A model generated the notes under the pieces. The model searched no databases, was not told the DNA's origin, and was given only the letters and a program-made list of their open reading frames with translations. Shown here piece by piece: positions 20,227 through 28,948 of a stretch of 64,000 nucleotides of DNA. The DNA comes from Negativicutes bacterium. GTDB taxonomy: Bacteria; Bacillota; Negativicutes; UBA1444. The stretch's first letter is position 1, and the number at the start of each line of letters is the position of its first letter. The stretch covers positions 224,001-288,000 of the forward strand of contig CAXXIN010000007.1 of the NCBI GenBank assembly GCA_963665275.2, written 5' to 3'. The position numbers and the translations under genes were made by a program.

Positions 20227-21672
20227 TCAGTGCGCCAGTTTCGCCAGATAGGAATGAATCGCTGGAATCTCCGCCTTGTGTTTTTCGAAGATCTCTTTCG
20301 CTTTCATCCTTATGCTCGCCACGCCATTGGGGTCGTGTTTTGCCTTGCCATATTGACCATTCATCCCGAATAAATCAAGCATCTTTTGTGCATCTTGCGG
20401 GTTTTTCTTGGAGATAGTCGTAATAATTTCCAATAATTTGAACGTATCTTGCGACTCCTCACGGCGCGGCTTGTATTGACGCTTCGCCGTGGAAACCATT
20501 GCATTGGACGGACTGTTCAGGCATGTCTGCATTTGCGCAGCGGCATAAACGCCATTGTTGACCAAAATAACAACCAGCGTGTCGGCTGCGTTTCGTTCAG
20601 GGCTCGAGGTATTTAGCGGACTGGTTCGCCAGGTATATACAATCAGCGAATTTTGTTGTTCCAACGGCAGCGTTGTCGTTGAATTCGCCGCAGTCGTATT
20701 ATATACGAGGTAGCTGCTGTTGCCGCTTTGCATCGGCAAGGCAAGTCCCGTGCTACCATTTGCCGGCAATGCTGCCGTAACATTGATTCCCTTGTAGGTT
20801 GCCGGATAGGGTGCGTTGGTATATACCTCCGACCCCGAATCAAGCATTTCCTTAACCGATGTATATATGCCGTAAACCATATCGGCCACGGTCAGCGGAT
20901 TCGGCTCCAGGATCGTGTCGATATCGATCAGCAGCGTAAGTATATCCTCCACCCAATCTTGTTTAGGTGGAAAAGTGCTTTGCCCAGATTGATAGGCACT
21001 CGTGGCGCCACCCAGGCTGTTGATATTGATGGCATAGCCCGGCAGCGTCGCTCCGGTGCTGGAAACCAGTTTCAGATTGATCGAGCTTATCGACGGATTG
21101 GCCATACTTTGCCCAAACGCCTGTTGTTGCGGCGTAACCGAGTGATATGTATTGGCTGGTCCGGGTGTTGCCCCCATGCTGGCGCCGCCCGGAGACTGAT
21201 AGGTTGTATATGAAGTATTGGGAAAACTAACCGTGCCGCTCCAAGACGGAAACAAAGCAAACGCATTGACAAAGCCGAAGTTCGTGTTGGCGGCGGCGCC
21301 GGAAGATAAAACCACCGGCTGCAAGGAGGCATTCGTTGCGCCACTTGGTGTAATGGCGGGCGTAGTCGGATTGCTGAAAAACGGAGTTGTTCCCCCTTGC
21401 GCATAAGCTACCCCAGACAACCCCATGGCGATGGGGGTGTTCGCTTTTGCATATGCCGAGGCCTGGTTGGTGGAAACGTTCATATTGATCGCCGACTGGG
21501 TCAGGTTCATCAGCATTACAGGTAAAACACCATAGGTCTGAATCTGAACCGCCGTTCCTGCTGGCGGCGGCGATACCGGCGCGTCTGCCTGCACGACATT
21601 GTTGGACATGACTACAAAAACAAAAAACAAGGGCAAGGCCAATTTACGAAAGCCACATTTAGCACCACACAT
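20227..21672 (-). CDS. Hypothetical secreted Ser/Thr/Asn-rich protein with charged helical C-terminus
   Basis: Strong RBS, signal peptide (..VVQA|DA), 481-aa open frame, no family recognised. Confidence 0.78.
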   Translation of the reverse strand: MCGAKCGFRKLALPLFFVFVVMSNNVVQADAPVSPPPAGTAVQIQTYGVLPVMLMNLTQSAINMNVSTNQASAYAKANTPIAMGLSGVAYAQGGTTPFFSNPTTPAITPSGATNASLQPVVLSSGAAANTNFGFVNAFALFPSWSGTVSFPNTSYTTYQSPGGASMGATPGPANTYHSVTPQQQAFGQSMANPSISSINLKLVSSTGATLPGYAININSLGGATSAYQSGQSTFPPKQDWVEDILTLLIDIDTILEPNPLTVADMVYGIYTSVKEMLDSGSEVYTNAPYPATYKGINVTAALPANGSTGLALPMQSGNSSYLVYNTTAANSTTTLPLEQQNSLIVYTWRTSPLNTSSPERNAADTLVVILVNNGVYAAAQMQTCLNSPSNAMVSTAKRQYKPRREESQDTFKLLEIITTISKKNPQDAQKMLDLFGMNGQYGKAKHDPNGVASIRMKAKEIFEKHKAEIPAIHSYLAKLAH

Positions 21673-21915
21673 TCCCGTGTCCTCCCTTCCTTTTGACCAC
21701 TGATGAAATTCCAGCTCCGGTCTCTACGGTTTGTCCCCTCCATTGCCAATTTATTCGATTCCTCGATATTGGTTTACCGTTCGACAGCCTTCCCTTTTTT
21801 ACCTTTTTTTAGGTAATTATATTTCATAATTCGATTTTCGGCGATGACACCCTACGCAACGTATGGAACAAAGCAACGTGCGTAAGTTGCACCGTTCTTT
21901 ATCTTGTTCCCCGCG

Positions 21916-23595
21916 TCACGGCTTGATTTCAGCACTTTCCAGAGGGCACTTCAGGTTGTAGGCGCTCACCACCCGGTTACGTCCGGAGTTTTTCGCCTGA
22001 TACATGGCTTTGTCCGCCAGAGCGATGAGTGAAGATGGCGACTCTCCCCTGGATGGCACCATCGAAGCTACCCCAAGGCTGATCGTAACACACCGGCTTG
22101 GCGCCTCGACGTTTGCGATCTGCATGCCTTCCACTCGTTTCCTGATTTTTTCGGCGACAATCATGGCGCCGGCCAAATCCGTATCCGGCAATACAACGGT
22201 AAACTCCTCGCCGCCATATCGGGCAGCAAGGTCCGTGACCCGTTTGATGCTTTTATCCAACACGCCGGCAACATCCCTCAAGCAGTCATCACCGCTCTGA
22301 TGCCCGTAAGTGTCATTATACAGCTTGAAAAAATCGATGTCGGCCATGATAAGGGATAGCGACTTTTGTTGCCGCAACCCTATCCGCCATTCCCTTTCAA
22401 GGGATTCATCAAAATAACGGCGGTTTGCAATGCCTGTCAGACCGTCTACCAAGGTAAGTCGGTGAAGTTCTTCATTTAGGGCTTCGAGTTCTCCGTTCAT
22501 GGCTTCCAGTTCCGCATTCTGCACAGTCAGCTTTTCATTGGCGCTATCCAGCTCCTTGGTACGCTCTTCCACCTTACGATCCAAATTTTCATTGCCTTCC
22601 CGCAACCTTTTCTCCAGTAAAATCAGCAGCCAGCACGCTCCGAGCAAAAATAGGCTCTCCACGGTTGCAGACCCATAGTATTCACTTCGGCGTTGATAAA
22701 AGGGTTTCAACACCTCTGTTTCTTGTTCAGAGATTACCAGGACTATGGGGTATTCCGGCATCCGAAAATAGCTGATGAAACGACGGACATTGTCAATGGC
22801 CGAAGCAGCAGTATAAAATCCCCGTTCAGATTGTTGTAAATGCTTGTATAAGCTGGCCCCGGCAATATTCATCCCCGCAGAGAATTCATCACCCATCTGC
22901 CTCGCCAGCACGTTGCCGTCCATGTCTTGTATGGCAATTGTTGCGCCCTTTCCCAAGTTCATTTGGCGAAATATTTTCGTGAAATACAATGGATCGACGG
23001 CGGCAACTACAACTCCGCCAAAGCTTCCATCCGGCTTATTCAAACGATAACTGAGATGAAAGGCCCAAACCATACTTCCCTGGAATACTTGTTCTGGAAC
23101 AGCTCTCGATATAAGCAACAATTGAAGGTCACGTTCCCGGTGTTTCAGAAAATATTCCCGATAATTCCCATTTTCGTTTAATTGTTCGGGGTTGGAACTG
23201 ACAAAGATTTCTCCCTTTTCATCCATAACGGAAATATGCAACACCGGAAGAGATTTCGTAGAATAAATACGCGTTATTGATTCAGGCCTGATCAACCCAT
23301 TTTTTTCATACTCCTGCTTCAGCGAACCCAAAACGTCATCAATGTTTTCAAAATTGCGCCGGATATTTTCATCGTAGGCTAACAGCAGGTTGGCTGAGGC
23401 TTCATTGGTTTTCTGAATGTCCTGCTGGTATTCGTGATCAATAAGCGTCAAAAAATGAAACCAAACACCGCTGACAGCTATAAGCGTCGTGACAGCAATA
23501 ATAGCGCTTATTCTCCCATATCCAAACAAGGTCCTTTTATTATTGTATGGCGCCTTTCGCGCATCTTGCATGGAGTCACCTCGATTATTTCTCAT
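21916..23595 (-). CDS. dCache-sensor diguanylate cyclase
   Basis: Two TM, Cache-like periplasmic region, coiled coil, DGLTGIANRR, RxxD (RVTD) and GGEEF. Confidence 0.93.
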   Translation of the reverse strand: MRNNRGDSMQDARKAPYNNKRTLFGYGRISAIIAVTTLIAVSGVWFHFLTLIDHEYQQDIQKTNEASANLLLAYDENIRRNFENIDDVLGSLKQEYEKNGLIRPESITRIYSTKSLPVLHISVMDEKGEIFVSSNPEQLNENGNYREYFLKHRERDLQLLLISRAVPEQVFQGSMVWAFHLSYRLNKPDGSFGGVVVAAVDPLYFTKIFRQMNLGKGATIAIQDMDGNVLARQMGDEFSAGMNIAGASLYKHLQQSERGFYTAASAIDNVRRFISYFRMPEYPIVLVISEQETEVLKPFYQRRSEYYGSATVESLFLLGACWLLILLEKRLREGNENLDRKVEERTKELDSANEKLTVQNAELEAMNGELEALNEELHRLTLVDGLTGIANRRYFDESLEREWRIGLRQQKSLSLIMADIDFFKLYNDTYGHQSGDDCLRDVAGVLDKSIKRVTDLAARYGGEEFTVVLPDTDLAGAMIVAEKIRKRVEGMQIANVEAPSRCVTISLGVASMVPSRGESPSSLIALADKAMYQAKNSGRNRVVSAYNLKCPLESAEIKP

Positions 23596-23713
23596 ACTGT
23601 ATTTTATACTACTATTATCGTATTATGATCATTACTTCTGAACGCGACCTGTCGCAACTAAACCGATGCCATCCAGTAAAACCTTTGAAGCGCAAACGCG
23701 TAACAGCATAGAA

Positions 23714-23748
23714 AAATGACCTACCGCATTTATTATAGTAGGTCATTT
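23714..23748 (-). terminator. Probable terminator closing the phage-like module
   Basis: aaatgacctac...gtaggtcattt inverted repeat just after the 118-aa ORF. Confidence 0.6.
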
Positions 23749-23772
23749 CCCTTTTGCAAATTATATTCTTTT

Positions 23773-24129
23773 TTATACCTCTTCGTCTTCCTTCAGCTCG
23801 ATGGTCTCGCCCTCGAGCGTCCCGTCCCACGTCACCTCAGACAGCGGCTCGTCGTCGCCCCCTCCGGCGCCGGTTCCTCCCTCATCCTCCATCGCCAATA
23901 TCGCCGCCACCCGGTGGATGATGTCATGCGCCTCCTCAACGCGCCTCCTGGCCATTGTCTCGCCCTCGTCCGCCGCTTCCTCGTCCTCAGTCACATCATC
24001 CACCGCGCCGATCACTTCGCCGATCTGGCCGATCCGGCGCTGGGTAAGATCATCGCGGGAGGCGACCGCCCCTAATGCTCCGAGCAATACTTTCAATATC
24101 CTCGTTACCTCTGTCAACAACATCGTCAA
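23773..24129 (-). CDS. Hypothetical protein with amphipathic N-terminus and highly acidic C-terminus
   Basis: RBS AAGGAAAGGGG; co-oriented downstream of yvrJ. Confidence 0.7.
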   Translation of the reverse strand: MTMLLTEVTRILKVLLGALGAVASRDDLTQRRIGQIGEVIGAVDDVTEDEEAADEGETMARRRVEEAHDIIHRVAAILAMEDEGGTGAGGGDDEPLSEVTWDGTLEGETIELKEDEEV

Positions 24130-24246
24130 AACCCCTTTCCTTATCTATTTTTAACGGGTTAATGCAAAATCGCGGGACCGTCGCCTTTCCTTCGGCAGCG
24201 TGTCCCGCGTTTTGTTTGCTTTCTTGCCCGGATGGCCGGTCAGCGT

Positions 24247-24368
24247 TTATGCCTTCATTTTTTCATTTCGCGCTCGCCACTCCCGGCATTCGTTGCAACG
24301 GTTCATCTGGTCTTCCATCCGCTGGGCGATCGCCACGGCCGTCTTTTCAAACGCCCCCAGCCGATCGT
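24247..24368 (-). CDS. YvrJ-family protein, exon 2
   Basis: After intron removal it continues exon 1 in frame: D-DRLGAFEKTAVAIAQRMEDQMNRCNECREWRARNEKMKA-stop. Confidence 0.85.
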
Positions 24369-26749
24369 GTTACCCTAAGCCAGCAAGTCGCCCTACTGAC
24401 TCGGCTTCAAAACCGGACTTGACAGTTTCCCGTCATCCGGCTCCTCAACTTTCCATACTTTCTGAAGAGCGGCTCCTATTTCGACAATGCTCATGTGCCA
24501 GTTGACTGATCTCCCGTTGTCTACCATTCTTACTTTTGCCGATTCGCTCCATGACGGCTACCGGTTCCGACATCCGGGTAAAGTACAAACCACATATCGC
24601 GCAGCATCCCTTTTGTTTCTTGAGAAGCCTTGCGACGTAATTGTCCAGTTCCGGATGCCGCCCCATCCGAGTGGCCCAGTACAACCAGTCCCCATCATAA
24701 GGACTGCGTTTTCTGTCCACTTTGATGTGACGACGAATCGGTGTTTCACCGTGCAGGTACAGGGTCGCCCCCTCCGAAGAACGGAATTGCCATCGCTTGC
24801 CGTTATGATGCCAATACTTTCGGTAGATCCATTGCTTCGCTTTGTTTGGGTGTCTGCGTTTCATCCAGGCCCACAGCTTTTCCCACAGAACGTGCTGCAA
24901 TTTGCTGAACATTCTAGATGAAGCCTGGGTGGAATAGTAGCGACACCAGCCCCGAATAATCGGGTTGAGTATGCGAATCAGTTTCTCCTGTGTACCGGCT
25001 TGGAGGCTGTCGATGACTTCTCCCATTCTATCTTGGTGGCGAAGGACACCATCCTTGCTGGGACGAATCAGTGGGAGAAACGTTAATCGCTCCTCACTGT
25101 TCGTATACCGTCGGGTATGGGTTTGCCCCGCTGGTACCTGTTGTATATGGAAGCCGAGGAAATCAAATCCCGGCGGCTGCCCGTTGATCGCTTCCAAGGT
25201 ATGGACGATGCGGGTTTTGGTCGGACTTAATTCCAGACCCATCGTTGCCAGCCATTTCTCCGTAACTTTGCGGAGATTATGGATGACTTCCAAGTCGCGA
25301 TGCATGATCACAAAGTCGTCCGCGTACCGGATGACCCGAGGCCACCACGTCACGTCTTCTCCTGCAATCATACGGCGATAAGGGATTTGACGCTTGATCT
25401 CCTCTTCCAACCCATGCAGCGCGATGTTTGCCAAGAGCGGAGAAATCACCCCTCCTTGCGGCGTCCCTCGCTCTGCCCGCTGGAAGACGTCTCCTTCCAT
25501 TACTCCAGCTTTTAACCACCTTCGCACGATGCGACGCACCCGTGGGGCTGCGTCCATCTTATTGAGTAGCGCGCGGTGGTCGATGCGGTCGAAACATTTT
25601 GCAATGTCCGCATCCAGTACATATTTCGGTTGATGAGCAATTTGTCCGAATATGTATTGAATCGCATCATGGCAGCCCCTGCCGGGACGGAAGCCGTAGC
25701 TGTTTGGTTCAAACCGGGCTTCCCATTCCGGCTCCAGAGCCTGCTTGACCATCGCCTGTGCCGCCCGGTCTTGAAGGACCGGGATTCCCAGCGCTCGTCG
25801 CTCCGTTTTCCCCGGTTTGGGGATGTATATACGGCGCACGGCCTGTGGCACAGGAATCTGCTTGAGCTGTTTGGCCAACTGGATTTTGTCTTCCTGGCTG
25901 ATGGAGGCTATCTTATCCACGCCGGGCGTTTTCTTCCCGGCGTTGTCTTGAGCCACGCGCCGCACGGCGAGTAACCGGGCGGGCCACGAGGCGATAAGCA
26001 GCCGCTGCAGCCGTTGAACATTTCGCTTGTCGCCCTTTAGAGTCGCTTGGTAGATTCGTTTTTGAAGCTTGAAAACCGCCCGCTCGACTTGCGGCCAGCA
26101 AATGGTCTTCCATTCATCCATCGGCAGTTGTGCCGTGTCCATGACATATCCACTCCTACTATCGAAATACCATTTGGAAAACCGGGGCCACGTCTGCTTA
26201 TCCGTCGGCTTTCCCGACGGCATTTGCTTCTTGGCCCATCCTGCCCTCCGTTGGCATACGGTTGACTGCCTGCTCCGAAAAGAATCCGGAGAGCCAGCGG
26301 AGAGTTACCCCGTTCCTGAATATCGTTTTGCGTAAAGGGTAGAACCGCACTATCCACCGGGTTTCTGTGAGTGTGGAACCGGTCGCAACTCGAGACGCCG
26401 GCCTCGTATCCTTGTCCGTTTTGGACCAAGCCCTTCGGTCCGCGTTGGGGGCTTGTTCTGGTTGACGGTGGTTCACGCATGCGTTCGCTTTCGCTGTTCT
26501 TGCTTTACCTGCTTGCGGGAGTTCCCGAGTCGGACTCCGGGTTACCCGCGTTTCGCCCATGCTGGCACCGTTCGGTTTGTCACTTCCGCACAGTGTGGGC
26601 GATGATGTTCCCTGTCCACCACAGGGGCTGGGAATTGAGTTTCCTCGCGCCCAGCTTCGATATTCAAGTTGTCGCTGAAGGCCTTCTGACCTTCACTGCC
26701 TCCCATCCCTTCAAACCCATGGCTTGAATTTCAGGAGAACGGGTCGCAC
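24369..26749 (-). mobile_element. Group II intron (IIB, chloroplast-like class) inserted in yvrJ
   Basis: 5' GTGCGACCCG at 26749; domain V GAGCCGGATGACGGGAAACTGTCAAGTCCGGTTT, domain VI and ...GTAAC 3' end at 24369; candidate EBS1 CGAGUU (26387-26392) pairs with exon end AACTTG. Confidence 0.93.
24445..26142 (-). CDS. ltrA: Group II intron reverse transcriptase/maturase (RVT_N, RT, X, degenerate HNH)
   Basis: VFKLQKRIY, GKKTPGVD, SYGFRPGR, GTPQGGVISPLL, RYADDF, RGWCRYY, KQKGCCAICG; start moved to MDTAQL after AGGAG. Confidence 0.95.
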   Translation of the reverse strand: MDTAQLPMDEWKTICWPQVERAVFKLQKRIYQATLKGDKRNVQRLQRLLIASWPARLLAVRRVAQDNAGKKTPGVDKIASISQEDKIQLAKQLKQIPVPQAVRRIYIPKPGKTERRALGIPVLQDRAAQAMVKQALEPEWEARFEPNSYGFRPGRGCHDAIQYIFGQIAHQPKYVLDADIAKCFDRIDHRALLNKMDAAPRVRRIVRRWLKAGVMEGDVFQRAERGTPQGGVISPLLANIALHGLEEEIKRQIPYRRMIAGEDVTWWPRVIRYADDFVIMHRDLEVIHNLRKVTEKWLATMGLELSPTKTRIVHTLEAINGQPPGFDFLGFHIQQVPAGQTHTRRYTNSEERLTFLPLIRPSKDGVLRHQDRMGEVIDSLQAGTQEKLIRILNPIIRGWCRYYSTQASSRMFSKLQHVLWEKLWAWMKRRHPNKAKQWIYRKYWHHNGKRWQFRSSEGATLYLHGETPIRRHIKVDRKRSPYDGDWLYWATRMGRHPELDNYVARLLKKQKGCCAICGLYFTRMSEPVAVMERIGKSKNGRQREISQLAHEHCRNRSRSSESMES

Positions 26750-26822
26750 CAAGTTTGATCAAGAGCCAAGCGGCCACTGCAATCGGGAATCCCACCTGGG
26801 ATATGAGCTGCGCCCAGTCCAT
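26750..26822 (-). CDS. YvrJ-family small membrane protein, exon 1
   Basis: MDWAQLISQVGFPIAVAAWLLIKL matches the YvrJ GFPIxV motif; follows the DUF2922 gene. Confidence 0.88.
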
Positions 26823-26826
26823 CGGA

Positions 26827-27039
26827 CTACGCCAGCACCGTGGTATCCTGAGTCAGGATGATCGGATCGACTGCCGAGACGAGATCTCCGCCGCTCGATG
26901 CGAACAGGTTCCGGGCGATGATCATGGTTTGTGTGGCAACGGCTTCCGCTTTGGTGAGGTTTTCTTTTGGATTGGCGATGAGGATGTTCACATCCTTGCC
27001 TGCCGCGTTCTTGAAGCCGAGTTTGGCTGTTCTAGTCAT
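26827..27039 (-). CDS. DUF2922-family protein
   Basis: LGFKNAAGKDVNILIANPKENLT...IIARNLF...GGDL pattern; usual neighbour of DUF1659 and YvrJ. Confidence 0.85.
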   Translation of the reverse strand: MTRTAKLGFKNAAGKDVNILIANPKENLTKAEAVATQTMIIARNLFASSGGDLVSAVDPIILTQDTTVLA

Positions 27040-27075
27040 CGGTTGCTCCTCCTTTCGCCAGATTTTTTACCGGCG

Positions 27076-27300
27076 TTACTCGCCGATCAGGTTGGCGCTG
27101 TCGGTGCGAACGATCGCAACGAGCGATTTCGCCTGCAGTCCCGCGAGACTGGCGCCGACATCATAGATGTCCTGGTCGGTGGCGGTCGGTTTCACGTTGG
27201 AAAAGCTCAGCGTCTTGAAGACGTTGGCCCCGGTGGCGCTGACGCCATTCACGACTTTGATGCCGATCCGGGATTCCTGGGGTGCTTTCGTAACAGCCAT
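27076..27300 (-). CDS. DUF1659-family protein
   Basis: MAV...GVSATGANVFKTLSFSNVKPTATDQDIYDVGASLAGLQ pattern; RBS GGAGGG. Confidence 0.87.
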   Translation of the reverse strand: MAVTKAPQESRIGIKVVNGVSATGANVFKTLSFSNVKPTATDQDIYDVGASLAGLQAKSLVAIVRTDSANLIGE

Positions 27301-27414
27301 GAGGATCCCTCCTTCCTGGGTAACGCGGATTTCGCGCTCCCAAACATTCTATGAAAAACGGGACTCAGTGCCCCGATTTTCCGGTTGTGCCCACATCCCG
27401 CCTTTTTTTGCCGC

Positions 27415-27537
27415 CCGACGGTTCAGCAAGGTTCAGCTACAAGGCACGGCGAGGCTTGTACTGCGCCGCGTACAAATCGTACGCAAGCAGGACAAACACA
27501 GTCGTAACGCCGTAGATGGGCCTTGCTGGGCCGCCGG
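27415..27537. repeat. ~123-bp imperfect palindrome (REP/MITE-like)
   Basis: Nested arms ccgacgg/ccgccgg, cagcaagg/ccttgctg, cacggcg/cgccgta, gcgtac/gtacgc. Confidence 0.65.
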
Positions 27538-27713
27538 ACATGAGAAAAGGACACGCCATGGCTGACGTGTCCCAAAAACGGGGATGGAGGTACTATATGG
27601 CAGCCGCAAGGTAATTAGTCCTGCGGGTGAGCCCGGTATCGTGCGCCCCATCCCCATAGAGCCTATGTAGTTTTCAAGGTTTGTTTTTGTCTACAGTCTT
27701 ATTATACGTCGGT

Positions 27714-28286
27714 TTATTCGTCCGTGAACGCCTCCGGCGGAAATCTTTTCAGTTCTTTTTCATAGTCATCCACTCCTACCGCGATGGCGGCTCCCATCCG
27801 CCATTGCTCCAGCGAATCGGTGAGCATTTCTCGATCCACCACATTGGAGATAAAGCCTCCTTCGACGAGCACCGCCGGACAGTCCGTCTCCCGCAGCACC
27901 TGGAAGCTCGCTTCCTTGACGCCCCGGTCGTCGGTGAGCATGGCATCGGTCATGCAGAACTGGATGCAGCGGGCCAGCTGACGCCCTTTGATACTACCGG
28001 GATAGTAGTACGTTTCTGTTCCGTCGGCATCGAGGTTCTCCGAGCTGTTGCAGTGAATACTGATGAACAGGTCGGCTCCCCACTGGTTGGCCCGTTCCGC
28101 CCGAAAAGCCAGTCCATCGCTTTCGATGTGCTTGGGTCGGGTCAGGATCACTGCGTGTCCGCGCAGCTTGAGCTCTGCTCTGGCAAAGCGGGCGATGTAC
28201 CAGTTGATATCGGCTTCATTGCAACCGCCGGCGCACGCCCCCGGCTCCACGGGGCCGCTATGCCCCGGATCAAGTACGATTTTCAT
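27714..28286 (-). CDS. N-acetylmuramoyl-L-alanine amidase (Amidase_3), no signal peptide or cell-wall-binding domain
   Basis: LDPGH, E, FISIHCN, PAVLVE motifs. Confidence 0.93.
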   Translation of the reverse strand: MKIVLDPGHSGPVEPGACAGGCNEADINWYIARFARAELKLRGHAVILTRPKHIESDGLAFRAERANQWGADLFISIHCNSSENLDADGTETYYYPGSIKGRQLARCIQFCMTDAMLTDDRGVKEASFQVLRETDCPAVLVEGGFISNVVDREMLTDSLEQWRMGAAIAVGVDDYEKELKRFPPEAFTDE

Positions 28287-28374
28287 AACACAACCTCCCT
28301 CGAATTATTTTATCGTCACTCGGCTCATCTTCACCAAAATAAGGTGCCATGAAGTCGGGATTATTTGCATCGTG

Positions 28375-28683
28375 TCAGCCATTTTTGAATGGCGCGATCT
28401 CGTCCGCTCGGACGAACCTGTGTTTCCCCGGCACTTCCGGGTCCGTTCCCTCACATGTATGGATCGCCCCATATACCATCACCTGCTGGCCGCGAACTGC
28501 GGCTTTTTTCAACACCTTCAAACATTCGTTAACGCCAACGACTTCCATGATCTCCGGCTTACCGCCCTTGCTGTCGTTGACTCTCAGGGAAAACCAGTAA
28601 CGAAATCTTCCAGACTTTGTCTTTACCTGTTGAGGTTCTCCGGTCAGCGTTCCCGTGATCATTACATGATTCATCGTTATCAT
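28375..28683 (-). CDS. Single-stranded DNA-binding protein-like (OB fold, no acidic tail)
   Basis: MNHVMITGTLTGEPQ...TKSG...FSLRVN...RGQQVMVYGAIHT parallels SSB. Confidence 0.7.
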   Translation of the reverse strand: MITMNHVMITGTLTGEPQQVKTKSGRFRYWFSLRVNDSKGGKPEIMEVVGVNECLKVLKKAAVRGQQVMVYGAIHTCEGTDPEVPGKHRFVRADEIAPFKNG

Positions 28684-28720
28684 CCTCTCTTCTTTTTTTG
28701 ATTCTGATTTTCAACTTAGG

Positions 28721-28935
28721 TTATGCACATTTCCACCCCCTTTATTACTACGACGTTCTTAAATAGTTTATGTCTGGTTTGGTATAGGATCCGCACCAGA
28801 CCTGTATTTACGCGCTTCGCGGCTTGCGCTTGAACACATTCTTGAACACAACCTTAGACACATTCTTGAACACAATCGTGAACCTCATGGGTTCAAGCAG
28901 CTTTTATGCACAAACTTATCCACAGGTTATCCACA
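28721..28935. other. Putative replication origin of the module: 12-bp iterons plus DnaA boxes
   Basis: Five 12-bp tandem units (ttgaacacattc-like, 28830-28889); perfect TTATCCACA at 28916-28924 and 28927-28935; one-mismatch TTATGCACA at 28904 and 28721. Confidence 0.65.
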
Positions 28936-28948
28936 GATTTTGAGCTAA

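Noticed and set aside
21680-21800. c-di-GMP-I riboswitch upstream of the secreted pair
   Set aside because: GGACAAACC resembles the start of the motif, but the GNRA stem and GCAAA/receptor elements could not be built.
24445-26223. RT as a diversity-generating retroelement, retron or defence RT
   Set aside because: It is enclosed by group II intron boundaries with domains V and VI, has RVT_N and maturase domains, and the flanking exons rejoin in frame.
27580-27655. Known self-cleaving ribozyme (twister, twister-sister, HDV, hammerhead)
   Set aside because: Conserved catalytic cores could not be matched by eye; kept only as an unassigned structure.
28830-28889. Tandem repeats as a CRISPR array
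   Set aside because: 12-bp contiguous units with no spacers, and no cas genes in the window.
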